Source: Camelus ferus
Taxonomy: Eukaryota
Direction: 5' to 3'
Length of the DNA stretch: 64,000 nt
Assembly (NCBI RefSeq): GCF_009834535.1
Contig: NC_045696.1
Span: forward strand, 116,624,001-116,688,000
Position 1 is the stretch's first letter. Every line of letters begins with the position of its first letter. A program made the translations under genes and the position numbers. Positions 24,900 through 38,669 of the stretch are shown here, piece after piece. A model generated the notes under the pieces. The model was not told the origin of the DNA, did not search any database, and worked only from the letters and a program-made list of their open reading frames with translations.

Positions 24900-27550
24900 A
24901 TAGTAGTTACCTATTTGCAGTGATGAAAGAGAATGTAAGAGTTACAAAATAAAAGGTAGAATTCTGCTATTAACCAATTCACATCATCTCTGAAAACAAT
25001 ACCTACAGTAGAAACAATGATGCAGAAAGTCAGACTAGTGGAATACAAAGTAGTGAAACATAAGAACATAAAAGATATATATGAGAGAAAACAGGAGTTC
25101 CTTAATGAAAAGTAAGAATAAAAGAACACAATGATAATCAATAATATATAAGAGAAAGAAATACAAATGTTAAATCACTGAAGTAGGAGACAACAGTGTC
25201 TTACACTATCTTAGGTGAATAAAAAAAAAGTAAAAATGCCCTGCAAGACATACTCTGGCTATTTCATATCTTTCAGAGTATAAAATTTTTTCTTATGCCC
25301 CTCCCATCTTAAAATTGAAGATCAAAGGAATTAAAATTTGTATAACTCTTCTCTATCATGTTATTAAAGTCAGAAGATAATAGAGTAATATTTAAATATT
25401 CAGAGAAAAAGACATGATGCAGGAATGCCATGTCCAGCAGAGATGCTAGTACGTCAAGTATAGTTCAACACATTTCAGAAATTTGTCTTCCAAAAATTTT
25501 AACTTTATTTTCATCATTTAGGATAATTTTCAGATTTTCAATGATTGGACAGAAAGAAAAAAACTGACTGAATTCAGAAGTTTGTGGGAAATATATATAA
25601 AGAATATTGAAATCAGTTATCTAATTTAGAGATAAATCAATAAACCCATTAATTAGGTTATAAAACAAGAGTGGCATAATTATGAGTGAGGGAAGAAAGA
25701 AGAAATTTACTTTTTCTAACTACACTAAAAATACATAAGTAAAAAAGAATATGATCAAATATAAAAAGCTTAATAGAAATAGGTGAAGAAAAAGGAAATG
25801 TACTTCTCCAAAAAAGCATAAAATATATGTAACAAGTAATATAAGTATGTTCTATTCATACATGAAACACATAAAATCTTCAATTTCTAAAGTTTAAAAT
25901 TCCCAGTTGTTTCTCTTAGATATGTGCTGAAGACAAATAGACCAAAAGGGATAAAAGAGTAGCAAAAATGGCAGAGTAAAATGAAAAGGAAAGATATCAT
26001 AGGTGAAAGACAATCATGAATATAAGGCATAAATGATAATGAGTATATAGCACTAATGAACTAATACGTGCACAAATAAAACACTAATATATGCACAAAA
26101 TAATAGCAAAAATTGTGTGAAATCAAAGAAAAATAAGATTTTAATACACTGTAATTAATATACTACAGAGCTAATGAGAAAAAATTAGATGCAAGGAAAA
26201 ACAGAAGTACACTTAACAAAGTAAAAGGTATGTTTCATAGCTCATTTTGGAAACTGGAAGCTTCCAAAAGTATTTTCTATAGAGCAAATGTGATCTTAGG
26301 TCCCTAACCTGATAAAATATCACAGTATAAGAATTAAAAGGAAAAAAAACAACTAGAATTAATAGAAATACTTGAGAAAGTGACTAGAAAAATTTTGTAT
26401 GAATATATGTATAAATATACACACATATGTATACATATACACACAAACTGTATTCTACAAACAATAAAAACTAGAGCCTTTCAAAGTCATTATGGAAAAC
26501 ATGAATTTATAATTTATGTTTCACCTTGCTCTGTTTAGAATTTAAAGTTTTTTTTAAAGCAAATATGTAAAATGGTGCAAGAAAACACAATTCAAATAGG
26601 TAAAAATGGGTATTACTTTAAAAAATTAACTATGTAGAATTTTTTTACAGTATAAAACTTCACTGATATATTTAAAATAAGATTCAAATAAAGATAGAGC
26701 TGATTCTTGGAAGAATCCCCCTTCTTTGATGTTTTACAACATATATATTTTAAAACCATCTACATTTTTAAGAATCCAGAAGAACGATTAACTTTTGTAA
26801 ACACAAAGCCACCATTGTATTTGCATGAAGTAGAGACATTTCCTTTAAATTCAAGAAAAATATAACAATGATGCCCACTGTCATCTTTCCTGTCAATGAA
26901 TGCAATTCGCACTGAAGGACAGAAAAAAGGAATGAGAAATCATTCAAATACTGGAAACAACTAGTTAATTGCATATTTTTTAAATTATACTAATCACCAA
27001 AATATACTCAATTTGAATAAAGGCACTGATTGTCATGGGGGTGGGAGGCTGGGGAGTGAATGGTGAGGTGTGGAGTGAATATATGTCTTTTGCAGAATCA
27101 TGCTGCATTCTTTGCTGAGAGAAAGAAAAAGGAATACTTTAACAGATAGATTGAGAGTAGGAATTTTAACTTATCTGTTTCTGCTTGTGTGCTGAAGAAA
27201 AATGAACTGTCCAGAAACATCAAATTAGACAGTTAAATATAAAACATCAAATTAGAGAAGATGCAGAAAACAGAATCATTTATTTATCATATCTATGGAG
27301 AAATAATAACTTTTTCAACTTCTAAAAAACAATAAGAAAAATAGAAATATGTTAATATATAAAAGTTTAAAGTATTCTTATGAGGAAAAAATAGCAAAGA
27401 AATAAAATGTACCACAAAATATTTATATCAGATATGACACAATTTAATATCTATAAAATATTAATGATGCAAAGTTTATGAGAAAAATATTGAGACTATA
27501 AAAGATAAGCAGGCAAGAGATATAGGCTGCCAATTCAAAACAGGAAATAC
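24900..27550 (+). mobile_element. Very old degraded L1 (L1M-type) fragments
   Basis: Strong A-skew on the plus strand with faint L1 ORF1/ORF2 motifs. Confidence 0.4.
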
Positions 27551-29647
27551 AGTTGAGGAGGGTGTGGCCAAGATGGCAAAGTAGGAAGACCCTTAGCTCA
27601 CCTCCTCCGATAGGCACACCAAAATTATAACTACTTACAGAGCAACTATCAATGAGAATAACCTGAAGACCACCAGAAGAATTTTCTACAACTAAAGACA
27701 TAAACAACGAACCACGGTGAGACAGGTGGAGGGGTGGAGATATGATACAGTCAAGACCTACACCCCAGGGTAGGTGATTTATAAACAGGAAGATAATCAC
27801 AACTGCAGAGGTTCCCCTCAAGAAGCAGCAGGTTCAAGCTCCACATCAAGTTTCCCAGCGCGGTGGGCGGGGGGGGGGGGGGGCAGTCCTGCACTGGAAG
27901 ATGAGTCTCAGAATATCTTGTTTTGAAGGCCAGTAGAGATTGTGTACAAGAAAGCTAGAGGGCTATAGAAAACAGAGACTCTACTCTTAAAAAGTGCATG
28001 CAAAATCTCACATACTCCAAGTCCCTGGGTGAAGTAGTCATCTGAAAGGAGCCTGAGTCAGACCCACTTGTTGATCTCAGGGGGCCTCCGGGAAAAGCAG
28101 GAGGCAACAGGGACTGCCCCTAGGGAAGCAGATGCTGGTGGCAGCCATTTGGAGGAGTTTTTTCTACCACAAGGACACTGGTGCTGGGAAGTGCCATTTT
28201 GTTTTGTCCTCCCTCAATCAGCCATGCCATGACCTGACCCTGCCCACAAGTGGCCTGGCATCAGTCCAGGACCACCCAGCCCCACCAACCAGCAGCCAGT
28301 AGCCTCCACACAAGGCAGGCCCTGGCAGCCAAATGGGCTAGTGGCCAACCCTGTGAACCAGCACACCCACAGTAGCTGGCCCTGACACAACTGAAAGGCC
28401 CATACCACCCACACAGGAAGTACCCTAGAGCATACAGCTCTGAAGACCTAAAAAGGTGAGTGGGCTGCTGGGCCCCAGTAGGATATCTGCCACAGAAGGC
28501 CAATTCTTCAAGATTGGAAAATATAACTGATCTACCTAATACATAGAAATCAACAGAGAATAGGGCAAAAATGAGGAGACAGAAATCTTTCATAAACAGA
28601 GAAACAACACAAAATCCCCAGGAGAGGTGAAGATAAAATAATTTACACAATAAAGAGTTCAAGGTAATAGTCACAAAAGAGCTCAATGAACTTGGGAAAA
28701 GAATGGATGAACATAGCAAGAAATTCAACAAAGAGTGAGGAAATGCAAAGAACAACAAAACAAAGCTAAATGATTGAAATAAAAATACACTTGGAGATAT
28801 CAAAAGTAGATAATACAGAAGAATGGGTCAGTGAACTGGAAGACAGAGTAGTGTAAATCACTCAAGCTAAGCAGAAAAAAAGAATTTAAAAAAATGAGGA
28901 TATGGAAAACAGTACGGAATCAGAAAAACAAAAACAAAGTTAGTAGAAGAAATAATAAAGATCTTAGTGAAAATATATGAAATAGAGATTACAAAAAAGT
29001 AGAAAACATAAGTGAAACTAATTCTTGGTTCTTTGAAAAGACAAAAAAAATTGATAAAACTTTAGCCAGACTAATCAAGAAAAAGAGAGAGGGGGCCCAA
29101 ATAAATTAAAAAAAAATTAAAGAGAAGAAGTTACAATGAACATTACAGAAATACAAAAGATCATAGAGATTATTAATGAATAATTACATTCCAATAAAAT
29201 GTAATTTTATTGACAACCTAGAAGAACCTAATTTTAAGGACAACCTAGAAGAAACAGACAAATTCCTAAAAATGTACAATCTCTCAAGATTGAACCAGGA
29301 AGAAACAGAAAATACAAACAGAACAATTACAGGTAATAAGAGTAGAATCAGCAATCAAAATCTCCCAACAAACAAAAGTCCAGGACCACATGGCTTTACA
29401 GTTAAATTCTACCAAACATTTAGAGAAGTTAACAGCTACACTTCTCAAACTATTCCAGAAAAATTAAAAAGGAAGAAATGCTTCTAAACTCATTCTGAGG
29501 CCAGCATTACCCTGACTCTGAGACCAAGAGAACACCACCACAAAAAAAGAAAACTACAGGCCAACATCACTTATGAACATGGATGCAAAAATCCTCAACA
29601 AAATATTACCAAACTGAATTTAACCATACATTAAAAGGATCATACAC

Positions 29648-29857
29648 TGGTATACATAAAATAGATAAACAAGTTTATACTTAATAGCACAGGGAAATAT
29701 ATCCAATATCTTCAGTAGCTCAAGGTGAAAAAGAATATAAAAATGAATATATGTATATTCATGTATGACTGAAAAATTGTGCTGTGCACCAGAAATGGAC
29801 ACAACACTGTAAATTGACTGTTAACTCAATTTTAAAAAAAGAAAGTCAGAAAAAAAA
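29648..29857 (+). mobile_element. Young L1 3'-end fragment nested in L1 ORF2
   Basis: TSD aaaaggatcatacac at 29633-29647 and 29858-29872; A-tail. Confidence 0.8.
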
Positions 29858-30531
29858 AAAAGGATCATACACCACGATCAAGTGAGACTTACCCCAGTGA
29901 TGCAAGGATGGCTCAATATCCACAAAGTAAACAACATCACATTACCACATTAACAAATTGAAGAAAAATAATCACACAATCATCTCAATAGAGCTAGAAA
30001 AAGCTTCTGACTGAAGTCAACATCCACTTATGACAAAAACTCTCAATAAATTGGGTATACAAAGAACATACCTCAATATAATAAAGGCCATATATGACAA
30101 GCTCACAGTTAACATCATACTCAATGAAAAGCTGAAAGCATTTCTCTAAGATCAGGAACAAGACACTCTCACCACTTTTATTTAATACAGTATTGGAAGT
30201 CCTAGGCACAGAAATTAGGAAATAAAAAGAAATAAAAAGAATCCCAATTGAAAAAGAAGAAGTAAAACTGTCACAGTTTGTAGATAACATACTATTTATA
30301 GAAAATCCTAAAGATGCCACCCCAAAACTTTTAGAACTAATAAGTGAATTCAGTAAAGTTGCAGGATACAAAATTATTATATAGAAATTTGCTGCACTGT
30401 ATATACTAATAGCAAAAGATCAGAAAGAGAAGCTAAGAAAATAATCCCATTTACAACTACATCAAAAGGAATAAAATACCTAGGAAAAAATCCAACCAAG
30501 GTGGTAAAAAACTACTTAGAAAACTAAGCAC

Positions 30532-30910
30532 CAAAAAAAAAAAAAAAAAAAAGACAAATGAACATATATAAAACAGAAACAGACTCACAGACATAGAAAA
30601 CAAACTTATGATTACCATGGGGGGAGGGGGTGGGAAGGGATAAATTGGGAGTTTGAGATTTGCAGATACTGACTGGTATATATAAAACTAATAAATAAGT
30701 TTATACTGTATAGCACAGGGAACTGTATTTGATATCTTGTAGTAGCTCATGGTGAAAAAGAATATGAAAATGAATATATGTATATTCATGTATGGCTGAA
30801 GCAATGTGCTGTACACCAGAAATGGACACACTGTAAACTGACTATACTTCAATTAAAAAAAAAAAAGATAATGTGAAAGGCCTGCCTAAAAAAAAAGGAA
30901 AGAAAAAAAA
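30532..30910 (+). mobile_element. Young L1 3'-end fragment nested in L1 ORF2
   Basis: L1 3' UTR flanked by aagcac at 30526-30531 and 30911-30916; the host ORF2 resumes afterwards. Confidence 0.75.
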
Positions 30911-31334
30911 AAGCACTGATGCAAGAAATTGAAAAAGACACAAACTAATGGAAAGATATATGATGCTCATGTATTAAAAGATTTAATATTGTTAAAATAA
31001 TTACAGTCTCCAAGGCAATCTACAAATTTAGTGCAATCCTCATCGAAATGCCAATATCATTTCTCACATTACTAGAACAAATAATTTTAAAATTTATATG
31101 GAAACACAAAAAACCTTAAATAGTCAAAAACAATCTTAAAGAATAACAAAGCTGGAGGTATTACACTCCCTGATTCTAACAATACTACTAAGCTACAGTA
31201 ATCGAAATAGTATGGTACCAATGAAAAAACAGACACAAAGATAAACAGAACAGAATATAGAGCCCAGAAATAAACCCACACGCATACAGTCAATTAGTCT
31301 ATGACAAAGGTGGCAAGTGGGGAAAATACAGCCT

Positions 31335-32140
31335 CTTTTTTTTTTCTGTTTCTTAATACAATTTTTATTGAAGTATTATAAACTTAGGGAAAAAACACAT
31401 AACTCATAAGTGTAGAGCTCGATGATTTAACTACCCAGGTCAAAAATCAGAACATTATCAGCATATCAGAAAGCTACTTGTGCCCTACCCTCTTCTCCCA
31501 AAGTAACTATTACTCTGACATCTATCACCACAGATTCATTTTGCTTTTGACCTTTATATAAACAGAATCATACAATATGTATTTATTTTTGCCTTCTTTT
31601 GCTCAACATTATGTTTGTAAAATTCATTCACATTGTTGAATGTAGCAGTTGTTCATTCATTTTCAACTGTACAAATATACCATGATATATTCATTCACTA
31701 CACTTTTAATGGGCATTTGAGTTGTACAGAGTTCTTGGCAATTATAATAATGCTATGAATATTATTTTTCATGTCTTTGAATGTGTTTATGTTAGATATA
31801 CATCTTGTAGTAGGTTTGCTGGATCATGGAACATGATTATACATGGTAGGTATTTCCAAAGTGGCAATAACAACTTATTCTTACCAGTAGTACGTAAGCA
31901 TTCTATTAGTTCAACATCCTCACTCAAATTGGTCATGTCAGCACTTTTAATTTAATCCACTCTGGTTGGAATAAAGTGCTTACCATATGTTGTTTTAATT
32001 TGCATTTTCTGATCACTAAGATTGAGTAACTGTTTTGATTTTATTGCCTCATTGGTTGTCTTTTTTTGTGAAGTGCATGTTCAAGTCTTTTGTTAATTTT
32101 TCTATTCGTGTATCTGAGTTTTTCTTATTGATTTTGTGTC
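31335..32140 (-). mobile_element. Old L1M 3' end (antisense)
   Basis: T-tract followed by caatttttattgaagtattataaa... L1MB/ME-like 3' UTR and ORF2 end. Confidence 0.7.
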
Positions 32141-33924
32141 TGAATTTAGATTAGGGGAAAAATAAGTCTGTAAGATTTTAGAAAAGTGATGCTTTCGTTG
32201 ATGTCTGAGCTAGTGTTACTATCAATGCCAAGCAGTGACAAACTAAGCAGTAGAAAACAATTATTATGGCAAATTGAAACAAGCCACACATTTTTTAAGA
32301 AAGCTTTTTATCTATAATAATACTATAAAAAAGAAGTTGCCATGAAATGAGTACAGAAGTCAATTACAATGCATATAAATTCTTAGTACTGCCTCAGAGA
32401 TGTTATTTACTGATCAATCTAAATTACGAAAATCCTGAATAAAGTTGTGACACAAGCCAAATTACTATAGAACACTGTTGATCTTCATGTCCTGATTTAT
32501 TTAAGTTGATTGGTTAATTCCCCATTTGTATACTTTGAAAAGAAATAATAGGTTAAATAATCAAAGATTACCCTATAATTGACAATAAAACACATAATTA
32601 TCTAATTTTTGCTGCATTAGTAAAGTTAATATAGGAATTAACTTGTGTTATTAGTGACATCCTATCATTTCCTATGCTAAATGCTGTTATGATTTTTTTT
32701 CTCTTTAAAAAGAAAATAAAACAGGTCATGCCAGTGTTCATGTGTCAGCTAGTGAAAATGTTACACTTAAAATGTACAGTAAATTACATATAATTTTGTA
32801 TTCACTGAATATCCATGGAAATTATTTTGTGGAGAAAACTTTCCTGATCCACTTAACATTAAATTGTGACTATTTTAGATTGTATGACAACAACATTGAT
32901 CTTTTTCTTTCCCCCAATTTTGCAGACCAGTGGATTTGTGGAGAACAAATACTGTCAGAACTATAAACTCTAATAATTCATATTCACCAAGCAGAACAAG
33001 ATGCTCAAATAAAGTTAATAGCAAAAGTGTCAGTGGTAGCACTTAATCTGCTGGATGGCTGGAAATGTCCATGGATATTGAATCCAAATTGCACATAAAC
33101 CAAAGTATTCTAAAAAGAAATATTCAGTGATATATGAGGAAACAAAAGACACGGTGTATTATAACATCATGGTGTGATTTATGGAATTTATGTGTCATGT
33201 CCTTTCCCCCAAGCTGGACAATATTATAAATTTACTGCCTCTTCTTAGACAGTGCAAAGTATATAAGAAACAAATTTTCTTTTAAAACAAAATTCATACA
33301 GTAGCTGAGCAAGTTCCCTTTGGTAAGTTCTTACCTTCTCTAATCTTAAGAATAAGATATCTTATGTAAATTGCTTTGTATAACATAATAGCATGCATTT
33401 CATTTGCCCAAGTCTCTCTGTAACTTAGGGGAAACAAGATCCTAGAGTGAAAGGCATAAAAGTCATCTGGGAGACAGGGTAATCTGTTTATAATTAAACA
33501 ATCTTATCAATTCAGTAAAGTTAATATAAGCACAACCAGCTCTTAGAGCAACTAAGATACGAAATAAAATATAGATATGGCTCACTGTGATGCATTTCCC
33601 ACTGACTCCTCCTCCTCTATGGCACAGGCATGCGTGCACACATGCACACACCCACACATATCTAGCCTCTTAATCATCTACATTTGCATCAGAGGGACTA
33701 GGTAGGTGGGCCTGGTCTTGGAAGGAATAGGAAGGAATTCCCACTCTACCTCTACAACAGAAGTTTAAATAAAGGGTGACTTTGGATGGCAAAAAAAATC
33801 ACAAAGCTGAAATTACTTCAAACTGGTTATGACAGTCATTTGTCGTTTGTTGTATGATTCCTAGATTTGATTTTTTTTCATTTCTAGTAAGAAATTTTGG
33901 TCATAAAATAGTGGAGCAGATATG

Positions 33925-34470
33925 GCTATATTCATCACAAATGCATGTATTTCCCAATTAATTAGAGCACCTAACTTATAGTGGTTTAAATAAATAGGGG
34001 TTCATATTTGTCATATGATAAGAAATTCAGAGTAGGGCAGTTGCTGGCATTGACTCACATATCTAACAACTTTGCCAGGGACCCTAGCTGTCTTTATATT
34101 TCTGTTTTGCTATTCATAACATATTGGTATTAATCATTATGCTTATCATCGTGTTATGGTTACAGGATGGTCACAAGACGGCTGCCAGAGCTCCAGATAC
34201 CACATTTGTGTTCAAGACAGGAAGTGGAAAAAGGCATAACTAAACACATCTGTGCTATTTTATATGTAAAATAAAAGCTTTTCCAGAGCCCCCCAGAAAA
34301 ATATACCTATTTCATAATCAGAACTACGTTGCATGGCCAACTCTACTACAAGGGAAGCTGAAAAGTATTTAGTTAGGTACACAGCCAACATAAACAAAAA
34401 CCAATATTTTTTTAAGGAAGAAAGAAGGGGTATATAATAGATATTGGGTCAGCAGCTAAAAGCACCTGCA
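33925..34470 (-). mobile_element. Old MaLR LTR (MLT1-type)
   Basis: agtggtttaaataaatagggg...atggtcacaagacggctgccagagctccag...cagaactacgttgcatggcc. Confidence 0.55.
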
Positions 34471-35575
34471 ACAATGGCATTTTCCTCTTCCTTCAGAAAT
34501 CACACAGAAACAACAAACATGTAAAACATTTATAAAAACTTTATATTCAACAAGACTAGGAGATACCTATAACCCTGAGTCACATGAAAAACTATTAAAC
34601 ATAATCAGGTTATAACCATGAACATTACCCAGGACTGACCAAACACCAAGCCCTACTAATGGCTGCATTTTTCAACAAAGCTGCTAGAAGAGGAAAATTT
34701 TAAAGTAACAGGCATATTTCACAGGGAAAAAAAAAATCAATACTATTTATTTGAAACAAAGAGAAAAAGTGTGCTGGATAGAGGTAAGAGACTGCCTGTA
34801 CAGGCATCTATGCAGTAACATAATACATTAAAAAAAAGCCACACTTTCTGCAGAACTGCACCAAAAAAACACAGGATTTACAGAGAAAATAAAGTTGTAG
34901 GGTAGACTATTTAAATTCTACACAACTTTGTCAAGAGAGCACTAATAAAATTAAAGCAATTCTAGTAAAATACAAGTATAGTCAAAAAGACATATTAAAT
35001 GAAGAAATACTACATTAAGTATAGGATTTTACCTTAAAAAGGTGATGGTATCTTGTTAGAAAGAGGTGTATGGAAACAGTAAGGCAAGGATAGAGGTATA
35101 TCATCATCAGAAGTTCAAGTGGACAAGCATTTTCACACTTTCCAAGAAATGCAGTGATAGTGCAAGAAATACAAAGATGGTTCTTGCGTAGAGAGAGCCT
35201 CTGCATGACATTGCAGCAGCTCCTCAAAATCTTCACTCTCAACTTCTTCAAATCCAATCTCCTTTGCAAGAGCAACACAACCTGCTTTGATTTGGGGGAC
35301 CTCTTCTGAAGGTTCAAAGCCTTTAGAATCATAAATTAAATCAGGGAGAATCTTATGCCACACCCTATGCCAGCAGGCTTTTGTGACATTCCAGGCCTCT
35401 CTAATAATATCAATTGTAAGTTTAATGTTGAATCAATTTCAGAATTCAAAAACTGTGTGTGCAGTGTCACCTCCTATAGATGCAATAAACATCTTTAATG
35501 TTATCCTTAAATAGTAAGTTTTAAAGGCTGTGTTCACACCCTGATCAAGGAGCTGGAGTAAAGTAGTTGCATTAG

Positions 35576-36150
35576 TATATATATATTTTTATTGAAGTAT
35601 AGTCAGTTTACAACGTTGTGTCAATTTCTGGTGTATAGCATAATGCTTCAGTCATACATGAACATATATATATTTGTTTTCATATTCTTTTTCACCATAG
35701 GCTACTACAACATACTGAATATAGTTCCCTACACCGTATGAATTTATTGTTTATCTATTTTATGTATATTAGTATCTGCAAATCTTGAACTCCCAATTTA
35801 TCCCTTCCCACCCCCTCCTTCCTCCATAACCATGTTTGTTTTCTATGCCTGTGAGTCTGTTTCTGTTTTGTAAATAAGTTCATTTGTCTTTTTTTATTTT
35901 TTAGACTTCACATATAAGTGGTATCATACAGTATGTTTCTTTCTCTTTCTGGTTTATTTCACTTAGAATGACAATCTTCAGGTCCATCCATGTTGCTGCA
36001 AATGGCATCATATTTTTTATGTCTGAGTAGTATTCCACTGTATAAATATTACCACAACTTCTTTAACCAGTCATCTGTTGATAGACATTTAGGTTATTTC
36101 CATGTCTTCGCTATTGTAAACAGTGCTGCTATGAACACTGGGGTGCATGT
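35576..36150 (-). mobile_element. 5'-truncated L1 3' end inserted in the Tigger DDE region
   Basis: L1 3' UTR sequence (tttttattgaagtatagtcagtttac...). 15-bp TSD aagtagttgcattag (35561-35575) / aagtagttgtattag (36151-36165). Confidence 0.85.
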
Positions 36151-36542
36151 AAGTAGTTGTATTAGGAGGTAAAAAGAGAACTTTAATATTTGAAGAAACT
36201 TCAGCAACTGCTGAAGGATGGCTTGGTGTATTACTGAGAATTTTAAGAATTTTTGAAGACAAAATGTTCCCCTTGGAATATTTTTTAAAAATCACCTACA
36301 AAAACATGACCTAGAAGGAAAGTAAGTATCTGCCCTGTCATCCAGCCTCTCTTGATAGACTTAAAGTAGACACCTAGGCTAGTCTTTCCAATTCCTTTAA
36401 AAGCATGTGGATTGGCAGAGTAATAAATCACATAGGTTTTCACTTTAAATCCCCATTGGCATTTGCACCCAGCATCACAGTTGGTCTTTTGTAGCCTTAA
36501 ACACTGGTGCTTAGGTTTCCTCCTTCAAGATATAAGCCCTTG

Positions 36543-36959
36543 CTTTCATATCCATCACTCTAGGAGACTTATCCACAAAAAATATTGCTGCAATTTATGT
36601 CAAAAAGTGTTCTGCCTATATTTTCCTCTAAGAGTTTTAACAGTATCTGGTCTTAAATTTAGGTCTTTAATCCATTCTGAGTTTATTTTTGTATGTGGTG
36701 TTAGATAATGTTTTAATTTCATTCTTTTACATGTAGCTGTCCAGTTTTCCCAGCACCACTTATTGAAAAGACCGTCTTTTCTCCGTGGTATATTCTTGCC
36801 TATATTCAGTTTCTCGTAATAAACTATAATGGAAAAGAATCTAAAAATACATGTGTGTATACATATATGTATATGTATAGATGAATTACTTTGCTGTACA
36901 CCTGAAACTAACATTGTAAATCAACTACACTTCAATAAAAAATAAAATTAAAAAAACAT
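36543..36959. mobile_element. 5'-inverted (twin-primed) L1 inserted in the Tigger
   Basis: Minus-strand ORF2 piece ([19 protein letters not shown]) joined to a plus-strand L1 3' end with A-tail. Approximate TSD atataagcccttg (36530-36542) / acataggcccttg (36960-36972). Confidence 0.75.
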
Positions 36960-38669
36960 ACATAGGCCCTTGAAGGCATTTGCTTCCAGTAGAGATTGGT
37001 TTCATCAAAATTACAACTTGATCCAATCAAATTTCTTAACAAGGGAGAAATGTCTTTGCAGCTTCTTCTGCACTCACTGCTTCACCAGAGAGCCTAACAT
37101 TGTAGAAATCGCAGTGGTTCTTGAAGCCACTAAATCTGTCACTACTTGTACTAAATGAAGGCACTTCTGCAGGATTTTCCACTTTCTTCTTAAGGATTTC
37201 ATACATTGTTAAGGTCTTCTCTTTAATTTTGAGAAAAGTTACCCCTGATTGCTTCTTCGTTTGGTATTCAGTCCACACACGTCACAAATGTTCCATTTCT
37301 TACATTTCCTTATGCCTTGTTCTAACACACTTTGAAGCACTGGCAGTTATTCTAGCCAGATAACTTTCTTTTATTTTCCCAGCATTGTCTCTAATCGTTT
37401 GTAAAGTTGACTCTTTTACGCCAGTTGCACGACCAGTGTAACATGTTCTTTCATTTCTTTCAAAATATTTTATTATTTTGAGCTTTCCTCACTTGTTACA
37501 TCTTTTCTTCTCTTACGCTCAATAGCAGAAATTTTATCACAAGCATGCCTCTGTGACACTTGCAAACCCCCTTACTCACTCGTTTTCTGGAATACCAAAA
37601 AGTTTGGCAAAAAACACACCAAAATGGGAGGGAACTATGCAAATAAGCACTTCCAAAGCAGAGACTGGGGCCGAGAGCCAAAAGGAAGAATGTGGAGGTG
37701 AATGGGCATTACATACAGTACTGTTATGTCTTCACAACTTGCTGCATTCAATTATAGACGTATACTTTGCATTTAGCTGCCCTTACTTGGTGGCCCAAAG
37801 TATCAACTTTCTGGGAAAACTCATGTATGAGCTTGCACAATTTCAGTATTATACCGAGTCATTTCCATATTTACCAGCTTCATACGGAAGATTCTGCATT
37901 CCAGAAAAACGTGTTTTAACAGCTCAGACTGGATAACATAAAACGTTCATATTCAAAAAGAGTTCAGATAAATGTACGGATAGTATCATTATAGAAAGGT
38001 TAAGAGTGTTTGGCAATATCCATAATGTTCTAAAATTACTGTCATAGAAAGCAGTATACCCTCTTAAAAATAACCTCAAGTGTAATGGTAAAGACAGAAT
38101 GCTAGGCTGGATATACCTCACATACCAACAATTTCAAGTACGGGAAAGTATCTAGGAAATGATGCAATTAATTCCTTCAATGTACAGATGAAGACATTAA
38201 AGCCCAGTTACACAGCTAATTAGTGACAGAAACTATCCTAGATCCCAGATTTTATGATTCACCTTTTCCTGTTACTTCCATTACATTAGGCTACTTCTCT
38301 ATTTGTCTCTCCTAGAAGATAACTCCTTATATTCCTACAGTGATTTGCTTCCATATATGGTAAAAGTAGTAGGTATCATAAGAAGAGATGGCTACTTTAA
38401 CCTCACAATCACTAAATAAAATAGTTTCCACTGGTAAGCAATAGACCAAGGTTTCCTATTTGGTTAAATCAGCTACTTATTAGGATCAGCTATTATTTAC
38501 ATGAAAACGGTTAGCCGAGTAGCATGAATCCATTCATCGACACCCACAATCAAATAATAATGCTCAGTATCAGAATTTGCAGCCATAAGTGTGAAGCTAA
38601 TCCCACTTCCTCCACCCTGGACTCAGATGCTCAAATTCTCCACAGAAAACAGCATCTCTAATTTCTCAC

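Larger units (their letters stand above)
27556..31333 (+). mobile_element. L1 with 5' UTR, partial ORF1, internal deletion and 3'-truncated ORF2
   Basis: 5' end gagggtgtggccaagatggc (YY1 site) and GC-rich UTR; ORF1 start near 28570; jump to ORF2 near 28920; RT motifs (KSPGPHGFT); ends abruptly near 31333. Confidence 0.85.
34801..37931 (-). mobile_element. Near full-length fossil Tigger (pogo/TcMar) DNA transposon with MER82/Tigger17-like ends, interrupted by two L1 insertions
   Basis: Frameshifted translation gives HTH-psq (KRRKDVT..KLKIIKYFERNE..TGVKESTLQTIRDNAGKIK), CENP-B HTH (FSTSSDRFSGFK..NVRLSGEAVSAEEAA) and DDE motifs (APVFKATKDQL, KRGWMT, VLFLPPNTT, LLQLLDQGV, REAW, GFEEV). TA|CAG terminus at 34799-34803; CTG terminus at 37929-37931. 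Confidence 0.85.

Noticed and set aside
1..34000. GPX5/GPX6 exons and SCAND3 integrase/Buster exons expected from human synteny
   Set aside because: No matching peptides found by eye; the Charlie1 at 5285-6861 is an ordinary plus-strand transposon.
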